IMG/VR virus record: IMGVR_UViG_3300027754_000044
Direction: 5' to 3' (one strand)
From: a virus
Length of the DNA: 64,000 nucleotides
This document shows, piece after piece, positions 7,113-16,498 of this stretch. The position numbers and the translations under genes were made by a program. Below the pieces are notes generated by a model. The model was not told the origin of the DNA, searched no databases, and saw nothing but the letters and a program-made list of their open reading frames with translations. The stretch's first letter is position 1. Each line of letters begins with the position of its first letter.

Positions 7113-8429
7113 TTAGTCAAAAACTTTTGGAGAATATTTATAAAGTAGTTCGTAGACGTCCGGTAAATTTTTCTTCCAATCATGATTTCGTAATTTGTCT
7201 AATTTATCCATATTAGTGACAAACTCACGAATTATGTTAGGATCATAACTATTCATAAAAGTTTGTAAGAAGTTAATTTGTGTTTGATAAATGTTTTTTG
7301 TTAGATCGTTAGAAGCAGAATTTTTCATAGAAGTTAATTCACGAATCATTTGCATTTTAGAACCAGGCGACATATACTTCAAACTAAGCCAATTTGGTCC
7401 CTCCATATATCTAAAAAAAGTTTTACAGTTTAATTCTTCAGCCAAAGGAATTATTCTAGAAGTCACATAAGGCGAAGCTACTCCAATACAACTCGTGATT
7501 GTCATATTGATATTAATATTGTGTTTTTTATCTTTCATGGATAAAATATTTTTGATATTGTCCAATACGACAGCATATTTTCCTGGATTTCTAATTAATT
7601 CGAATCGTTCTTCTGTATCGTCTACACTGGCTGCAATAGAAATACCTTTAAACTTTTCAAATTTCTGTATGATATTATCGTTAATCACTGACATGTTGCT
7701 ATCGTATTGTAGAGTTATATTTTTTGAAACTCCTGCGTCAATAAGTCGATCCAAACATTTACCCATCGCTGGAATTAAAAATGGTTCTCCACCAGTAAAA
7801 TACATAGAACTCAAAGTAGGTACAACTTCATCGAACTTTTTCCACCATTGATCAGTTTCCCACCACGGAAATGATTTTGCATCATACTTTCCATTACTAT
7901 TCAATAGTATTTCGTAAATGCTACTTCCTTTATCAAATTTCGTAGTTCCATACAATTCAACATGATCATCAGCCCACAAATGACTATGTTTTGGTCCACA
8001 CATAATACACTTAAAGTTACAAATATTTCCGAGACGGAGACTTAACATTTTAATTTTCGAAATATGTGTCAACGAACCATCGTTCTTTGTATATAGATGA
8101 GCTTCATTCGCTTTTACATAATACATTCTTGATAGATTCACAAGACGCTTTGTCGTAAGACTTTTTGCAGCCTCTTCCTGATAACAAGTCTTACATCTTT
8201 CAGGTTTTATATTATCTTTCAATAGAAGTCTGTGAGCGTTATGTGTAGGACTATTGATCGCTTCGTAAATAGAATGCGTCATGATATTCATCTTAACGCC
8301 ATCTTGAGTCATCGCTACACCAAAATTTGCATCAGAATTGGCTAGACAACATATTTTGAAATCGCCCTGCTCGTCGATTTCAATCGCGTTATATAATTCC
8401 GGACAAAAACTTTCTACATTAAATGCCAT
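7113..8429 (-). CDS. Radical SAM protein with an N-terminal twitch/SPASM-like Cys cluster
   Basis: CNFKCIMC (CxxxCxxC), FTGGEP; N-terminal C, CC and CxxC. Confidence 0.85.
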   Translation of the reverse strand: MAFNVESFCPELYNAIEIDEQGDFKICCLANSDANFGVAMTQDGVKMNIMTHSIYEAINSPTHNAHRLLLKDNIKPERCKTCYQEEAAKSLTTKRLVNLSRMYYVKANEAHLYTKNDGSLTHISKIKMLSLRLGNICNFKCIMCGPKHSHLWADDHVELYGTTKFDKGSSIYEILLNSNGKYDAKSFPWWETDQWWKKFDEVVPTLSSMYFTGGEPFLIPAMGKCLDRLIDAGVSKNITLQYDSNMSVINDNIIQKFEKFKGISIAASVDDTEERFELIRNPGKYAVVLDNIKNILSMKDKKHNININMTITSCIGVASPYVTSRIIPLAEELNCKTFFRYMEGPNWLSLKYMSPGSKMQMIRELTSMKNSASNDLTKNIYQTQINFLQTFMNSYDPNIIREFVTNMDKLDKLRNHDWKKNLPDVYELLYKYSPKVFD

Positions 8430-8430
8430 A

Positions 8431-10215
8431 TTAACCTTCGCAAGCTAAACAGGAATCCCCATCAACAAGTTGTTTCAGATCAATTTCGTCGATCACTTGT
8501 CGTTCAATCTTCTTTGCGACTTTGTCAGCTTTACCAATTTTCTCAGAACGGCAATAATACAGAGTCTTCAATTTTTGTTTCCATGCTTGGAAATGGACTG
8601 CGTGGATATACTTTATATTCGAATTTGGTCGAAAAAATAGGTTAAGGGATTGTGACTGATCAATATAACTCTGTCGGTCAGCTGCGTGCTCCACAATCCA
8701 TCTTTGGTCAATCTCCATACTCGTTTTGAAAACATCCCTCTGCCAGTCGTCGAGAATGTCAAGGTGCTGGACTGATCCATCGTTTGCAATGATAGATGAC
8801 CAAACTTCGTTGTAGTCCAAATCTTTATCGGCATCACATTTATCCTTTATAATTTTATCAAGATATTTGTTTTTATTCAGAGAAGCGCCAGACATCGTAT
8901 CTTGACGATACGCATTGGCTCTAAACGGCTCGATTGATGGAGATGTATTTCCCATGATAATTGAACTTGATGCATTTGGTGCAATTGACATCAGATGTGA
9001 AAGTCTTAGACCCGTTCCTTCTGCATCTGGGGCAGTTCCTCTTTCTGTTCCTAATTCTAAATTCGCTACATCTAATCCTTCTCTGATGTGTTTGAACATT
9101 TTTAAATTTTTACTTTTTGCTAATGCGCTTTCAAATGGAAGGTTATTTTTCTGAAGATACGCATGAAATCCGAGAGCTCCAATTCCTATGGAACGTTCCC
9201 TCTGTGCTGAATACTTTGCGCGTTTAATTTCTTTAGGTGCATTGTCGATGAAGCATTGAAGAACGTTGTCTAACATTTCAGCAACGTCTCTCAAAAATTG
9301 TTTATTCTTTTTCCATTCGTCAAAATACTCTAGATTCAATGACGATAAACAACAAATCGCTGTTCGCTTTTCGTTTGTTGGAAGGATGATTTCTGAGCAG
9401 AGATTCGATTGATGAACGCGAAGTCCTCTATCACTCAACCACTTTGGAAGCTTGCGATTAGATTCATCAATGAAATGAATGTATGGCTCTCCGGTTAGCA
9501 TTCTCATTTCTAATATACTTTGCCAAAGAGCTTTAGCTGATACTGTCTCACGAATTTCTTTTGAGTGAGGATCGACTAAATCCCACTTATCATCGAACTC
9601 TGGATCAATCATGCAGTTTTCGATAATCTGCATAAAGTCATCAGTGATATTAATTCCATGGTGCATGTTTTGGCAACGAACGTTCAGATCACCAGTAGGC
9701 TTGCGCATATCAAGAAAAGAAATAATATCGGGATGATTAATATTAAGATAAGCAGCATAAGACCCACGGCGAGTGCGACCTTGGCGATAGGCCAAAGAAC
9801 TAGCGTCGTAAATTTTAAGATGAGCCATAACACCAGTAGACTTATCGTCAGCACTGCGAATACCGAAACCGATTCCAACACCACCTCCCATCATAGAAAG
9901 CCAATTTGTTTCTGATAAATTTTCGACTAAACCTTCCGCAGTATCTTCAATATAATTAAGGTAACATGATACAGGAAGGCCACGGCCACTATCATCATAA
10001 GAAAGAACGGGAGTAGAATAAGATAACCAATGCTTACTAGAATAATCATAAAGACGTTGAGCATGATCCGAATTACTTCCAAAAATTTTGGATACATATG
10101 CAAACCTTTCTTGAGGCGATTTCTCATCTTTCTTCATGTATGACTCTTTTAACCGCTTGATACCCAGCTCGTCGAATAAATTGTCACGCGAATAATCTAT
10201 CTTAATTTCCGACAT
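8431..10215 (-). CDS. nrdA: Ribonucleotide reductase class Ia alpha subunit
   Basis: SNLCSEI, CCLSSLN, APNASSS, TLYYCR, C-terminal CLAC. Confidence 0.96.
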   Translation of the reverse strand: MSEIKIDYSRDNLFDELGIKRLKESYMKKDEKSPQERFAYVSKIFGSNSDHAQRLYDYSSKHWLSYSTPVLSYDDSGRGLPVSCYLNYIEDTAEGLVENLSETNWLSMMGGGVGIGFGIRSADDKSTGVMAHLKIYDASSLAYRQGRTRRGSYAAYLNINHPDIISFLDMRKPTGDLNVRCQNMHHGINITDDFMQIIENCMIDPEFDDKWDLVDPHSKEIRETVSAKALWQSILEMRMLTGEPYIHFIDESNRKLPKWLSDRGLRVHQSNLCSEIILPTNEKRTAICCLSSLNLEYFDEWKKNKQFLRDVAEMLDNVLQCFIDNAPKEIKRAKYSAQRERSIGIGALGFHAYLQKNNLPFESALAKSKNLKMFKHIREGLDVANLELGTERGTAPDAEGTGLRLSHLMSIAPNASSSIIMGNTSPSIEPFRANAYRQDTMSGASLNKNKYLDKIIKDKCDADKDLDYNEVWSSIIANDGSVQHLDILDDWQRDVFKTSMEIDQRWIVEHAADRQSYIDQSQSLNLFFRPNSNIKYIHAVHFQAWKQKLKTLYYCRSEKIGKADKVAKKIERQVIDEIDLKQLVDGDSCLACEG

Positions 10216-10238
10216 TCTTAACTCCAATATTGTTATTA

Positions 10239-10901
10239 TTAATTTACAAATTCTGTGATCATCGGAAATATAGATTCCAAGGCATATGCACATTCCAAAG
10301 CAATTAGTCTATGTTCTTTTTGAGTTTCAGGACCACTTCGTAGTTGTATATAGTGAATCCAAGAACGGATCGATCCAGTCATATACAATTTCGATTCGAT
10401 CAATCCTTCTGGTAAAACAGCACGAGCCTGTTCCTTGGCAATTCCTTTGCGTATAGCCCAACGATATGTTTTAATCGCTGCGTCCATAATATAACTCTGT
10501 TGAGTTTCCCAGTTCGAATTCAGAGCAATATCATCCGTCTCAATGCTATTCTGTCTGTTCTTAGAATCTTGCAGTCGTGCTTCACGTGTTACGAAATTCA
10601 AATCTTTCGTCGGATCAGCATAACGCTGACTAAATTCCTGAAAGCTAAAAGAACGATGACGAAGAATCTGACGCGCAATATCTCGAGTTGTCGTAATTTC
10701 TAAACACGCAGTGACCATTTCAAATGGAGACCAATGATTATTCTTAATGAGATAGCGAATAAGTTTTTCATTCGTTTCGGTGTTATTCTGATTACTTGGA
10801 TTTGAAACACGTGCACAAAACGCTATGATATCCAACAAGGAGTTTCCACTGCAGCGACATCCTTCTGGTTGTTGCGAATAAGATATAAGTGAAACTGTCA
10901 T
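10239..10901 (-). CDS. thyX: Flavin-dependent thymidylate synthase
   Basis: HWSPFE; RQILRHRSFSFQEFSQRY ThyX motif. Confidence 0.96.
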   Translation of the reverse strand: MTVSLISYSQQPEGCRCSGNSLLDIIAFCARVSNPSNQNNTETNEKLIRYLIKNNHWSPFEMVTACLEITTTRDIARQILRHRSFSFQEFSQRYADPTKDLNFVTREARLQDSKNRQNSIETDDIALNSNWETQQSYIMDAAIKTYRWAIRKGIAKEQARAVLPEGLIESKLYMTGSIRSWIHYIQLRSGPETQKEHRLIALECAYALESIFPMITEFVN

Positions 10902-11905
10902 ATTTTTTTCCAATTTCTTAAAGCTAGTTTTAGAGATAAGTCTTTGTGGGAGTTTCTATTTAGAACATCTTCTACGTCTTTTGAATTCAAGCCAGAAATA
11001 ATTGCTTCGTTGATGTCCTTAAAGTTCCACGTATTTGGCCAAATGACGATCTTATGCCCATAGGATATCATTTTTTCCATACGCTGTATAACTTCTTTAT
11101 TCCTTGGCTGATTGTCAAAAACTAAAATTGCATTTTCTTTTGGTATCATATTTGTTGCTTTGATGAAATCCGTTCCACCAGGCGCGATAGAGTTTTCAAT
11201 GAACATACTATCAAATGGGCCTTCAATCACATATATGGTCTTGTTTAGATCAACACGTTGAATTCCATAAACAAGAGGATCGTTTGTCTTTCTAACAGTC
11301 AGATACCGTAATGAAGAATTTCCCATCGCTCTGCAACTGAGACCGATGAGTTCATTTTCTTTGTTGTAATATGGTATAGCAATTCGTTCTTCTTTAGAAA
11401 GTTTGCCCTCATACATCGGACTGAATCTTTCTAACTCTTTCATCGAAGGAACATAATATAATTCCGGATAAAATTTTACTGGAATTTTTCTAGATTCTAG
11501 ATAAGAAAGAGCGCGATGCGAAGACAATTCTGAAATTGGAATAAGCCCATATTCACTCAAATCAACTTTAGGAATAACAATGTTCTTAATGACATCATTT
11601 CGAATTATAGTGAAATCTGTATTTTGCTTACTCTTAAACTTTTCTAATCGATAAGCACGCTGTAGACTAGGATCTAAATGTTCGATCAGTTTATCTAAAG
11701 AGATGGCTATATTACAATTATGGCATTTGTAAAGAAAACTTCCCTTATATTCTAAGACGTATCCTCGCGAACGAAGACGATTCTTTTTAGAATCACCACA
11801 AAAAACACAACGACAATTATAGAGTCGTTCTGTTTTTTTCTTAAATAGAGGGAGTTTGGCTGATACTAGCCCAATGTATTTTTGATCAATCTGAAGTGTC
11901 ATCAT
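10898..11905 (-). CDS. gp61: DNA primase (T4 gp61-like)
   Basis: Zn finger CVFCGDS...CHNC; TOPRIM EGPFDS, FDN, KDIN. Confidence 0.93.
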   Translation of the reverse strand: MMTLQIDQKYIGLVSAKLPLFKKKTERLYNCRCVFCGDSKKNRLRSRGYVLEYKGSFLYKCHNCNIAISLDKLIEHLDPSLQRAYRLEKFKSKQNTDFTIIRNDVIKNIVIPKVDLSEYGLIPISELSSHRALSYLESRKIPVKFYPELYYVPSMKELERFSPMYEGKLSKEERIAIPYYNKENELIGLSCRAMGNSSLRYLTVRKTNDPLVYGIQRVDLNKTIYVIEGPFDSMFIENSIAPGGTDFIKATNMIPKENAILVFDNQPRNKEVIQRMEKMISYGHKIVIWPNTWNFKDINEAIISGLNSKDVEDVLNRNSHKDLSLKLALRNWKKI

Positions 11906-11911
11906 ACCATC

Positions 11912-11940
11912 ATTATATAATACTACTCGACAAATTACAA
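11912..11940 (-). promoter_or_regulatory. Sigma70-type promoter upstream of primase
   Basis: TTGTAA-N17-TATAAT. Confidence 0.6.
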
Positions 11941-11943
11941 GGG

Positions 11944-12111
11944 TTATTTCTTAATACTTTTCCACAAAGCCATTAAAAGAAGTAAACCAATCACAGAACA
12001 TATTCCATACTCAACATAAGAAATTTCTCCGTCGAACGGATCGACTGTTGTATGTGAAATATTATTAACAGGATGTTCAGCTACATACTTTTCACGGGCT
12101 TTATTATCCAT
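11944..12111 (-). CDS. Small membrane protein (55 aa, not in the ORF track)
   Basis: Manual translation MDNKAREKY...GICSVIGLLLLMALWKSIKK; fills the intergenic gap. Confidence 0.55.
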   Translation of the reverse strand: MDNKAREKYVAEHPVNNISHTTVDPFDGEISYVEYGICSVIGLLLLMALWKSIKK

Positions 12112-12113
12112 GA

Positions 12114-12320
12114 TTATGCTAACAACGATGCGAAATCAATAACACCAACAATAATTTTTCTAGTTGTTAGATTTTCTTCAAGTTCTAATGCGTCATTATT
12201 TATCGTTTCTACTACGATCATATCGTTAACGAGTTCTTTAAATTCTTCTCGGCTCAAATTTCCAGATTCAAACATCTGCTTCAAGTCTTGCGCTTTTACT
12301 GCCAGCTCTTCTGGTGTCAT
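12114..12320 (-). CDS. Hypothetical protein
   Basis: 68-aa ORF with ATGA overlap to the upstream gene. Confidence 0.6.
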   Translation of the reverse strand: MTPEELAVKAQDLKQMFESGNLSREEFKELVNDMIVVETINNDALELEENLTTRKIIVGVIDFASLLA

Positions 12321-12736
12321 GGTCTTGGCCTTTTCACGATAACTTTTTGTATGGTATTTGCAGAGTCCGAAATTGATTGTAGTTTCAGCTCACAATAAGT
12401 TTTGTTGACTTCTTTTGCGGTATCATATCTTTTATATAGATCATCGACAAGGATGAATAGAGAATCTGTCATCTTTATTGTCGATGAATTATTCGGAAGA
12501 TTTCCACTGAAGCCCTTTAGCTGACTAGATAATGAAAAAAGTTTTACCGCTGAAGTTTTCGCAGCTTCGTGGTTTGCACAGTTTCTTTTTGAAAATTCAG
12601 AATAGACTTTAATCTTATTGACTAGTAAATGCTCATTAGTATCGTATGGTGCCATAAAATATGAATCATAAAAATTGGATATAGTCGCACATCCGCTCAA
12701 AGAAAAAATAAGTATGATTGATGTTAACAGTTTCAT
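12317..12736 (-). CDS. Putative lipoprotein
   Basis: MKLLTSIILIFSLSGC lipobox. Confidence 0.6.
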   Translation of the reverse strand: MKLLTSIILIFSLSGCATISNFYDSYFMAPYDTNEHLLVNKIKVYSEFSKRNCANHEAAKTSAVKLFSLSSQLKGFSGNLPNNSSTIKMTDSLFILVDDLYKRYDTAKEVNKTYCELKLQSISDSANTIQKVIVKRPRP

Positions 12737-13020
12737 TAGCAATTCCATTTTCTCAGGGCAAGAGCTTTACGACTTGGCTCGCCATTTGGCTTTGTCATCG
12801 GACCATCTACACCACCCATACGAGCGCAGAAAGACTTTCTCCGGTTAGCAGCTTTGCTTCCAGCTTTTAATTCTGAAGGAGGAGTTGTGACTGGTGCTTT
12901 TAGATTCCCACCAGATTTGTTGTTATAATAGTCACGACCCTTTTGGGTTAAACCACCAGTAGAGCTCTTATGCCCTTTGGCGTCGACTGCTGCTTCTGAA
13001 AATTCTTTGAAGGATTTCAT
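12736..13020 (-). CDS. Basic phage protein with a capsid-targeting-like N terminus
   Basis: MKSFKEFSE; GGLTQKGR...RRKSFCARM...ALRKWNC. Confidence 0.7.
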   Translation of the reverse strand: MKSFKEFSEAAVDAKGHKSSTGGLTQKGRDYYNNKSGGNLKAPVTTPPSELKAGSKAANRRKSFCARMGGVDGPMTKPNGEPSRKALALRKWNC

Positions 13021-13187
13021 TTGGCTGCAGCTTTTAAATTCGCAGCGGTAGGTGCACCTTTACTTCCAGGTTTGCGCATACGCTCACCAGAGCCACTCGC
13101 GATTCTTTTTCGTTTAGCATGGATATTATCCCACAATCCACGTTTGCCTTCTTCCATTTGTTCTAAGAATTTTTTAAATTTTTTCAT
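13017..13187 (-). CDS. Small basic protein with a capsid-targeting-like N terminus (56 aa, not in the ORF track)
   Basis: Manual translation MKKFKKFLEQMEEGKRGLWDNIHAKRKRIASGSGERMRKPGSKGAPTAANLKAAAK. Confidence 0.7.
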   Translation of the reverse strand: MKKFKKFLEQMEEGKRGLWDNIHAKRKRIASGSGERMRKPGSKGAPTAANLKAAAK

Positions 13188-13609
13188 TATTCTTCATCCT
13201 CTTTATGACTTCTTATGTGACGCCAAATTCTATTACCACCATCATCGGGATGGTGACGTTCATTATCTTTATTATGAAAGAGATGAGCATTATTTACAGA
13301 ACGCTTATAAAAATCAAACTGAACCATTCTTCTAATCTCGGTTCCGTCTTTTTTCTTTTGTGGATCAACTGGTGCTGCTAGAACATGCTCATGACCATTT
13401 GAATCACGATGATATTGATACCCAGCATGCGAAACATTGTTAAAATACTCCCGATGAAATGGATGTTTAGCCATAGATCTTATCTTCGAACGTCCGATGT
13501 GCTTTAGCAATTCATCTGAGGTGATCGTCTTGGTATGAACTGGTTTATCCATAACAAGTGTCCGCCGAGATTTAAATTCTTCATTTAAAAATTCTTTGAA
13601 ATTTTTCAT
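13187..13609 (-). CDS. Putative internal head protein
   Basis: MKNFKEFLNE N terminus; His/Lys-rich. Confidence 0.65.
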   Translation of the reverse strand: MKNFKEFLNEEFKSRRTLVMDKPVHTKTITSDELLKHIGRSKIRSMAKHPFHREYFNNVSHAGYQYHRDSNGHEHVLAAPVDPQKKKDGTEIRRMVQFDFYKRSVNNAHLFHNKDNERHHPDDGGNRIWRHIRSHKEDEE

Positions 13610-14193
13610 CTTATACCCTCGAATACTTTTTTCTGTTCAGAGTACCACATCTGCCAACCTAATACTTGCTCTCTTACTTGATAATAGAGTCCGTAGTTTT
13701 CTGCGACGGCTTTGACAAGTTCACTGGCTTTAACATCGGAGGTTCCTTCAACAGTTGCTCCGGAACTTGGGGCCACAACATTTTGACTGGCGCTGTTGTG
13801 GAGCACGATTGCAGCATTAGAAAGGGTGCACATATTGTCATACTTAGTAACAATTTTCTCAACCACTTGCACGTTAGCATTTGTTGTCTCCTTGACTACC
13901 TTAATCTTTTCTACAATTTTTGTTTGGACTACAGTATTTACCACTGCAGATTTTGTTTCTGCTTCAACAAGTTTTTCTTCTAATGCAGAAACTTTTAATC
14001 TCCATTCTTCCTCTACAAGATATCCACCCTCACAATAAACGCCAAAGATCAATAGAATAATTGACAAAATAGATATGATTTTTTGATACGGAGGGAAAAA
14101 GAAACTTGCGATGTATATAATGAATCCTGATAAAACGATTATATGAATCGCCCAACGTAATATGTCAGTAGGTATGAAACTTAATAGCCACAT
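13606..14193 (-). CDS. Putative inner-membrane spanin (Rz-like)
   Basis: N-terminal TM segments then a helical periplasmic region; contains an out-of-frame lipoprotein gene. Confidence 0.6.
   Translation of the reverse strand: MWLLSFIPTDILRWAIHIIVLSGFIIYIASFFFPPYQKIISILSIILLIFGVYCEGGYLVEEEWRLKVSALEEKLVEAETKSAVVNTVVQTKIVEKIKVVKETTNANVQVVEKIVTKYDNMCTLSNAAIVLHNSASQNVVAPSSGATVEGTSDVKASELVKAVAENYGLYYQVREQVLGWQMWYSEQKKVFEGIR
13674..13880 (-). CDS. Putative outer-membrane spanin (Rz1-like lipoprotein) embedded in the Rz-like gene
   Basis: RKLLLSMTICAPFLMLQSC signal and lipobox, then a Pro-rich mature peptide; exact start uncertain. Confidence 0.55.
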   Translation of the reverse strand: MLTCKWLRKLLLSMTICAPFLMLQSCSTTAPVKMLWPQVPEQLLKEPPMLKPVNLSKPSQKTTDSIIK

Positions 14194-14744
14194 GATTTAA
14201 TTCCATGCGTAGGACAATTTATTCCTGCACGTGTTTTATTACACGCACTTTCTTCAGTCTTAACTTTTTGTCTACGGAGAATTACACTAGAAATAGTTTT
14301 GCTTTTTCTAGTTTTAGTTCCTTTAAATGACGCGATATCGTCTCCCGTTCCGACGACCGCGGCTCCAGTTGCATTTGCAGCTGCACCCATGTCTTCGTTC
14401 AATTCTAAATATTTCATCTGCTCATATAATTTTTCGCGAAGCTGTAATGGATAGTCTCCGATTAGAGTTGCTTCGTTCTTTTCCCTCAATAGAAGTAAAG
14501 CAGCTGCGTATGATGCAATCTGACTTTTACCAAAGGGAACTTTTTCTAAAATTCTTTTTAGATTAAACACAAGACGATCGAAATAACCCATCGCATCTTT
14601 TTCTTGTGAAGTAATCGCATTCCTGATCTTCTTACCATCAGCGTCAATAAGACCAAGAGAAAATGCTTTGGTCTTATTAAATGGAGTAACAAGTCTTTTT
14701 AAGAACTCATAAACCAAATAAATGTCTATGACTGGAGAGGTCAT
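14181..14744 (-). CDS. Conserved T4-like phage protein
   Basis: DIYLVYEFLKRLVTPF..AFSLGLIDADGK N terminus; full ORF in late operon. Confidence 0.6.
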   Translation of the reverse strand: MTSPVIDIYLVYEFLKRLVTPFNKTKAFSLGLIDADGKKIRNAITSQEKDAMGYFDRLVFNLKRILEKVPFGKSQIASYAAALLLLREKNEATLIGDYPLQLREKLYEQMKYLELNEDMGAAANATGAAVVGTGDDIASFKGTKTRKSKTISSVILRRQKVKTEESACNKTRAGINCPTHGIKSCGY

Positions 14745-15133
14745 TATATTCTTCTTAGTGTATTTACTATATTGATATCCATAGGAATATCGCTACTTAT
14801 AATTGTCTCGTTGCTACTACCTATTCCGTCTATCCTGTCTGGCCAATATCCAAGAAGAATTAAAAATGGTTTCAAATAATAGAGATAGTTGTATAATTTA
14901 AAGACAAGAATTCGAGTAAGTGCAGGATGTTCGAACACATTATATAAAATCGTAAGGTGATTCAAAATCAATTTATCGTTCAACTCGCCACTTTTCATGT
15001 AGCGGTTGAACAATTTACTCAAACTCTTTATCTTTGACAAATCATCATAAAATTCCTTTTCATCAGTGCATGATATATTTTTATAATGTCTTGCTGCGTA
15101 TAATATATAATTAGTCTCAGTCAATTGCTGCAT
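14744..15133 (-). CDS. Conserved T4-like phage hypothetical protein
   Basis: LTETNYILYAARHY..EFYDDL..LILNHL..LYNVF. Confidence 0.65.
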   Translation of the reverse strand: MQQLTETNYILYAARHYKNISCTDEKEFYDDLSKIKSLSKLFNRYMKSGELNDKLILNHLTILYNVFEHPALTRILVFKLYNYLYYLKPFLILLGYWPDRIDGIGSSNETIISSDIPMDINIVNTLRRI

Positions 15134-15139
15134 ATTTTG

Positions 15140-15670
15140 TTAGTAACTTGGATACCATTTAACAGCAGTCGCATCATAAGTCATAATGAGAGCCTTACTA
15201 ACAACAGCTGTTGATGCCAGCGCGATATTTCCAGCAGTTGTAGTTGTAAAAGCTGCTGTAGGAATCAATGTTATCTGACCACCACCTATTGAAATCGGAG
15301 TTGGCGCAGTAATAGTAGCTATTGCAGCTGTGCCGGAAACATATGCAATTTGAGTCGTTGGAGCAATTGTTGTTGCGCTTGCGACAGTAGGTGCAGATGA
15401 TCGTTGTGAAGTCAATCCAAAATGAACTGCAACATTCATAGTCGTTGTTTTCGTGAACGTCGTATTACCAGCAGGAAAGACAGTGTTCGCACTTCGAATA
15501 ATGTTCTTTGCACCAGAAAATACTGTGTTGGAAGAAACAGCACCAAAGAAATTCTTTACAGTAATATTCTTCGAAGATGGAGTTCCATTCGGATCATCAA
15601 CAATCAATAATAGGTCGTCCGACGAAGTTGTCGAAAGAGCCGTCAGTTGGGATATTTTTTTATCAGCCAT
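15140..15670 (-). CDS. Virion structural/fibre-like protein
   Basis: MADKKISQLTAL..DDLLLIVD N terminus; Thr/Ala-rich beta C terminus. Confidence 0.6.
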   Translation of the reverse strand: MADKKISQLTALSTTSSDDLLLIVDDPNGTPSSKNITVKNFFGAVSSNTVFSGAKNIIRSANTVFPAGNTTFTKTTTMNVAVHFGLTSQRSSAPTVASATTIAPTTQIAYVSGTAAIATITAPTPISIGGGQITLIPTAAFTTTTAGNIALASTAVVSKALIMTYDATAVKWYPSY

Positions 15671-15672
15671 AA

Positions 15673-16419
15673 TTAAACACCTTTAGGTGATACTGTGAAG
15701 TTAGTGATACGAGTTCCAAAACCATTGTTCAATCCATTCGCAACTGCACCAGTAATTGTAGTATTTGCTGCAGCTGTAATTCCAATTTCTGGATTATAAA
15801 GCGGCATTCCTACTACTGCAACACCAGTCGTTGGACCAAAGAATTTAGCAGCGGCGTTGATATGATAAGTCGCTTTCAATGAACCAGCACGACCTTGAAG
15901 TTTAGGCATCACGAATACAAGAATGTTATTTGCTCCGTTTGCACGACGACCAGTTGCAAACACTGCGCGACCGTGATTTCCACCAGCAGTATTGCTTAAT
16001 TGAAGATGGAAGGAGTTACCTGAAGCCTTGAAATGAACAGGTTGATTGAAAACGACATAAAGATTTGCAGATACGTTTGCAGAAATAACATTATTCGCAT
16101 TCAGCTTAACATATATTTCTGAGATATCTGCAGGACCCAAATTCGTATTAGCTACATATGTGAATGCAACTGAACCACCGCCATATTCGCGGCCTGGACT
16201 TCCGGCAATAAGAATTTCATCGTGAGTTCTCTGTCCATTGACAGTTCCTCTATTTGTTCTACGAACCCATCCAGCTGTTGTAGCGACAACATTACGCTTC
16301 CATGGTTCATTTCCGTCGGTCATTCCAGCAAATGGTTGCTGACCAGCTTTCAGTGAAGCCTCAGTATTTGCGCCACTTTTTACCTGACTGTTTTCTCTAC
16401 TAAATCCAAATTGTGCCAT
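15673..16419 (-). CDS. Putative virion structural protein
   Basis: Gly/Ala/Asn/Thr-rich; GGAG SD; late promoter upstream. Confidence 0.55.
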   Translation of the reverse strand: MAQFGFSRENSQVKSGANTEASLKAGQQPFAGMTDGNEPWKRNVVATTAGWVRRTNRGTVNGQRTHDEILIAGSPGREYGGGSVAFTYVANTNLGPADISEIYVKLNANNVISANVSANLYVVFNQPVHFKASGNSFHLQLSNTAGGNHGRAVFATGRRANGANNILVFVMPKLQGRAGSLKATYHINAAAKFFGPTTGVAVVGMPLYNPEIGITAAANTTITGAVANGLNNGFGTRITNFTVSPKGV

Positions 16420-16483
16420 TTCTTTTCTCCTAGAATTTCACAGTTTCGTCGAAATTGACTACTCTGCATAATATAGTATCGTC

Positions 16484-16491
16484 TATTTATA
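16484..16491 (-). promoter_or_regulatory. T4-type late promoter
   Basis: TATAAATA. Confidence 0.7.
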
Positions 16492-16498
16492 AACTTTA

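Noticed and set aside
7113-8429. NrdG activase or QueE
   Set aside because: Too long, has an extra N-terminal Cys domain, and the flanking RNR is class Ia
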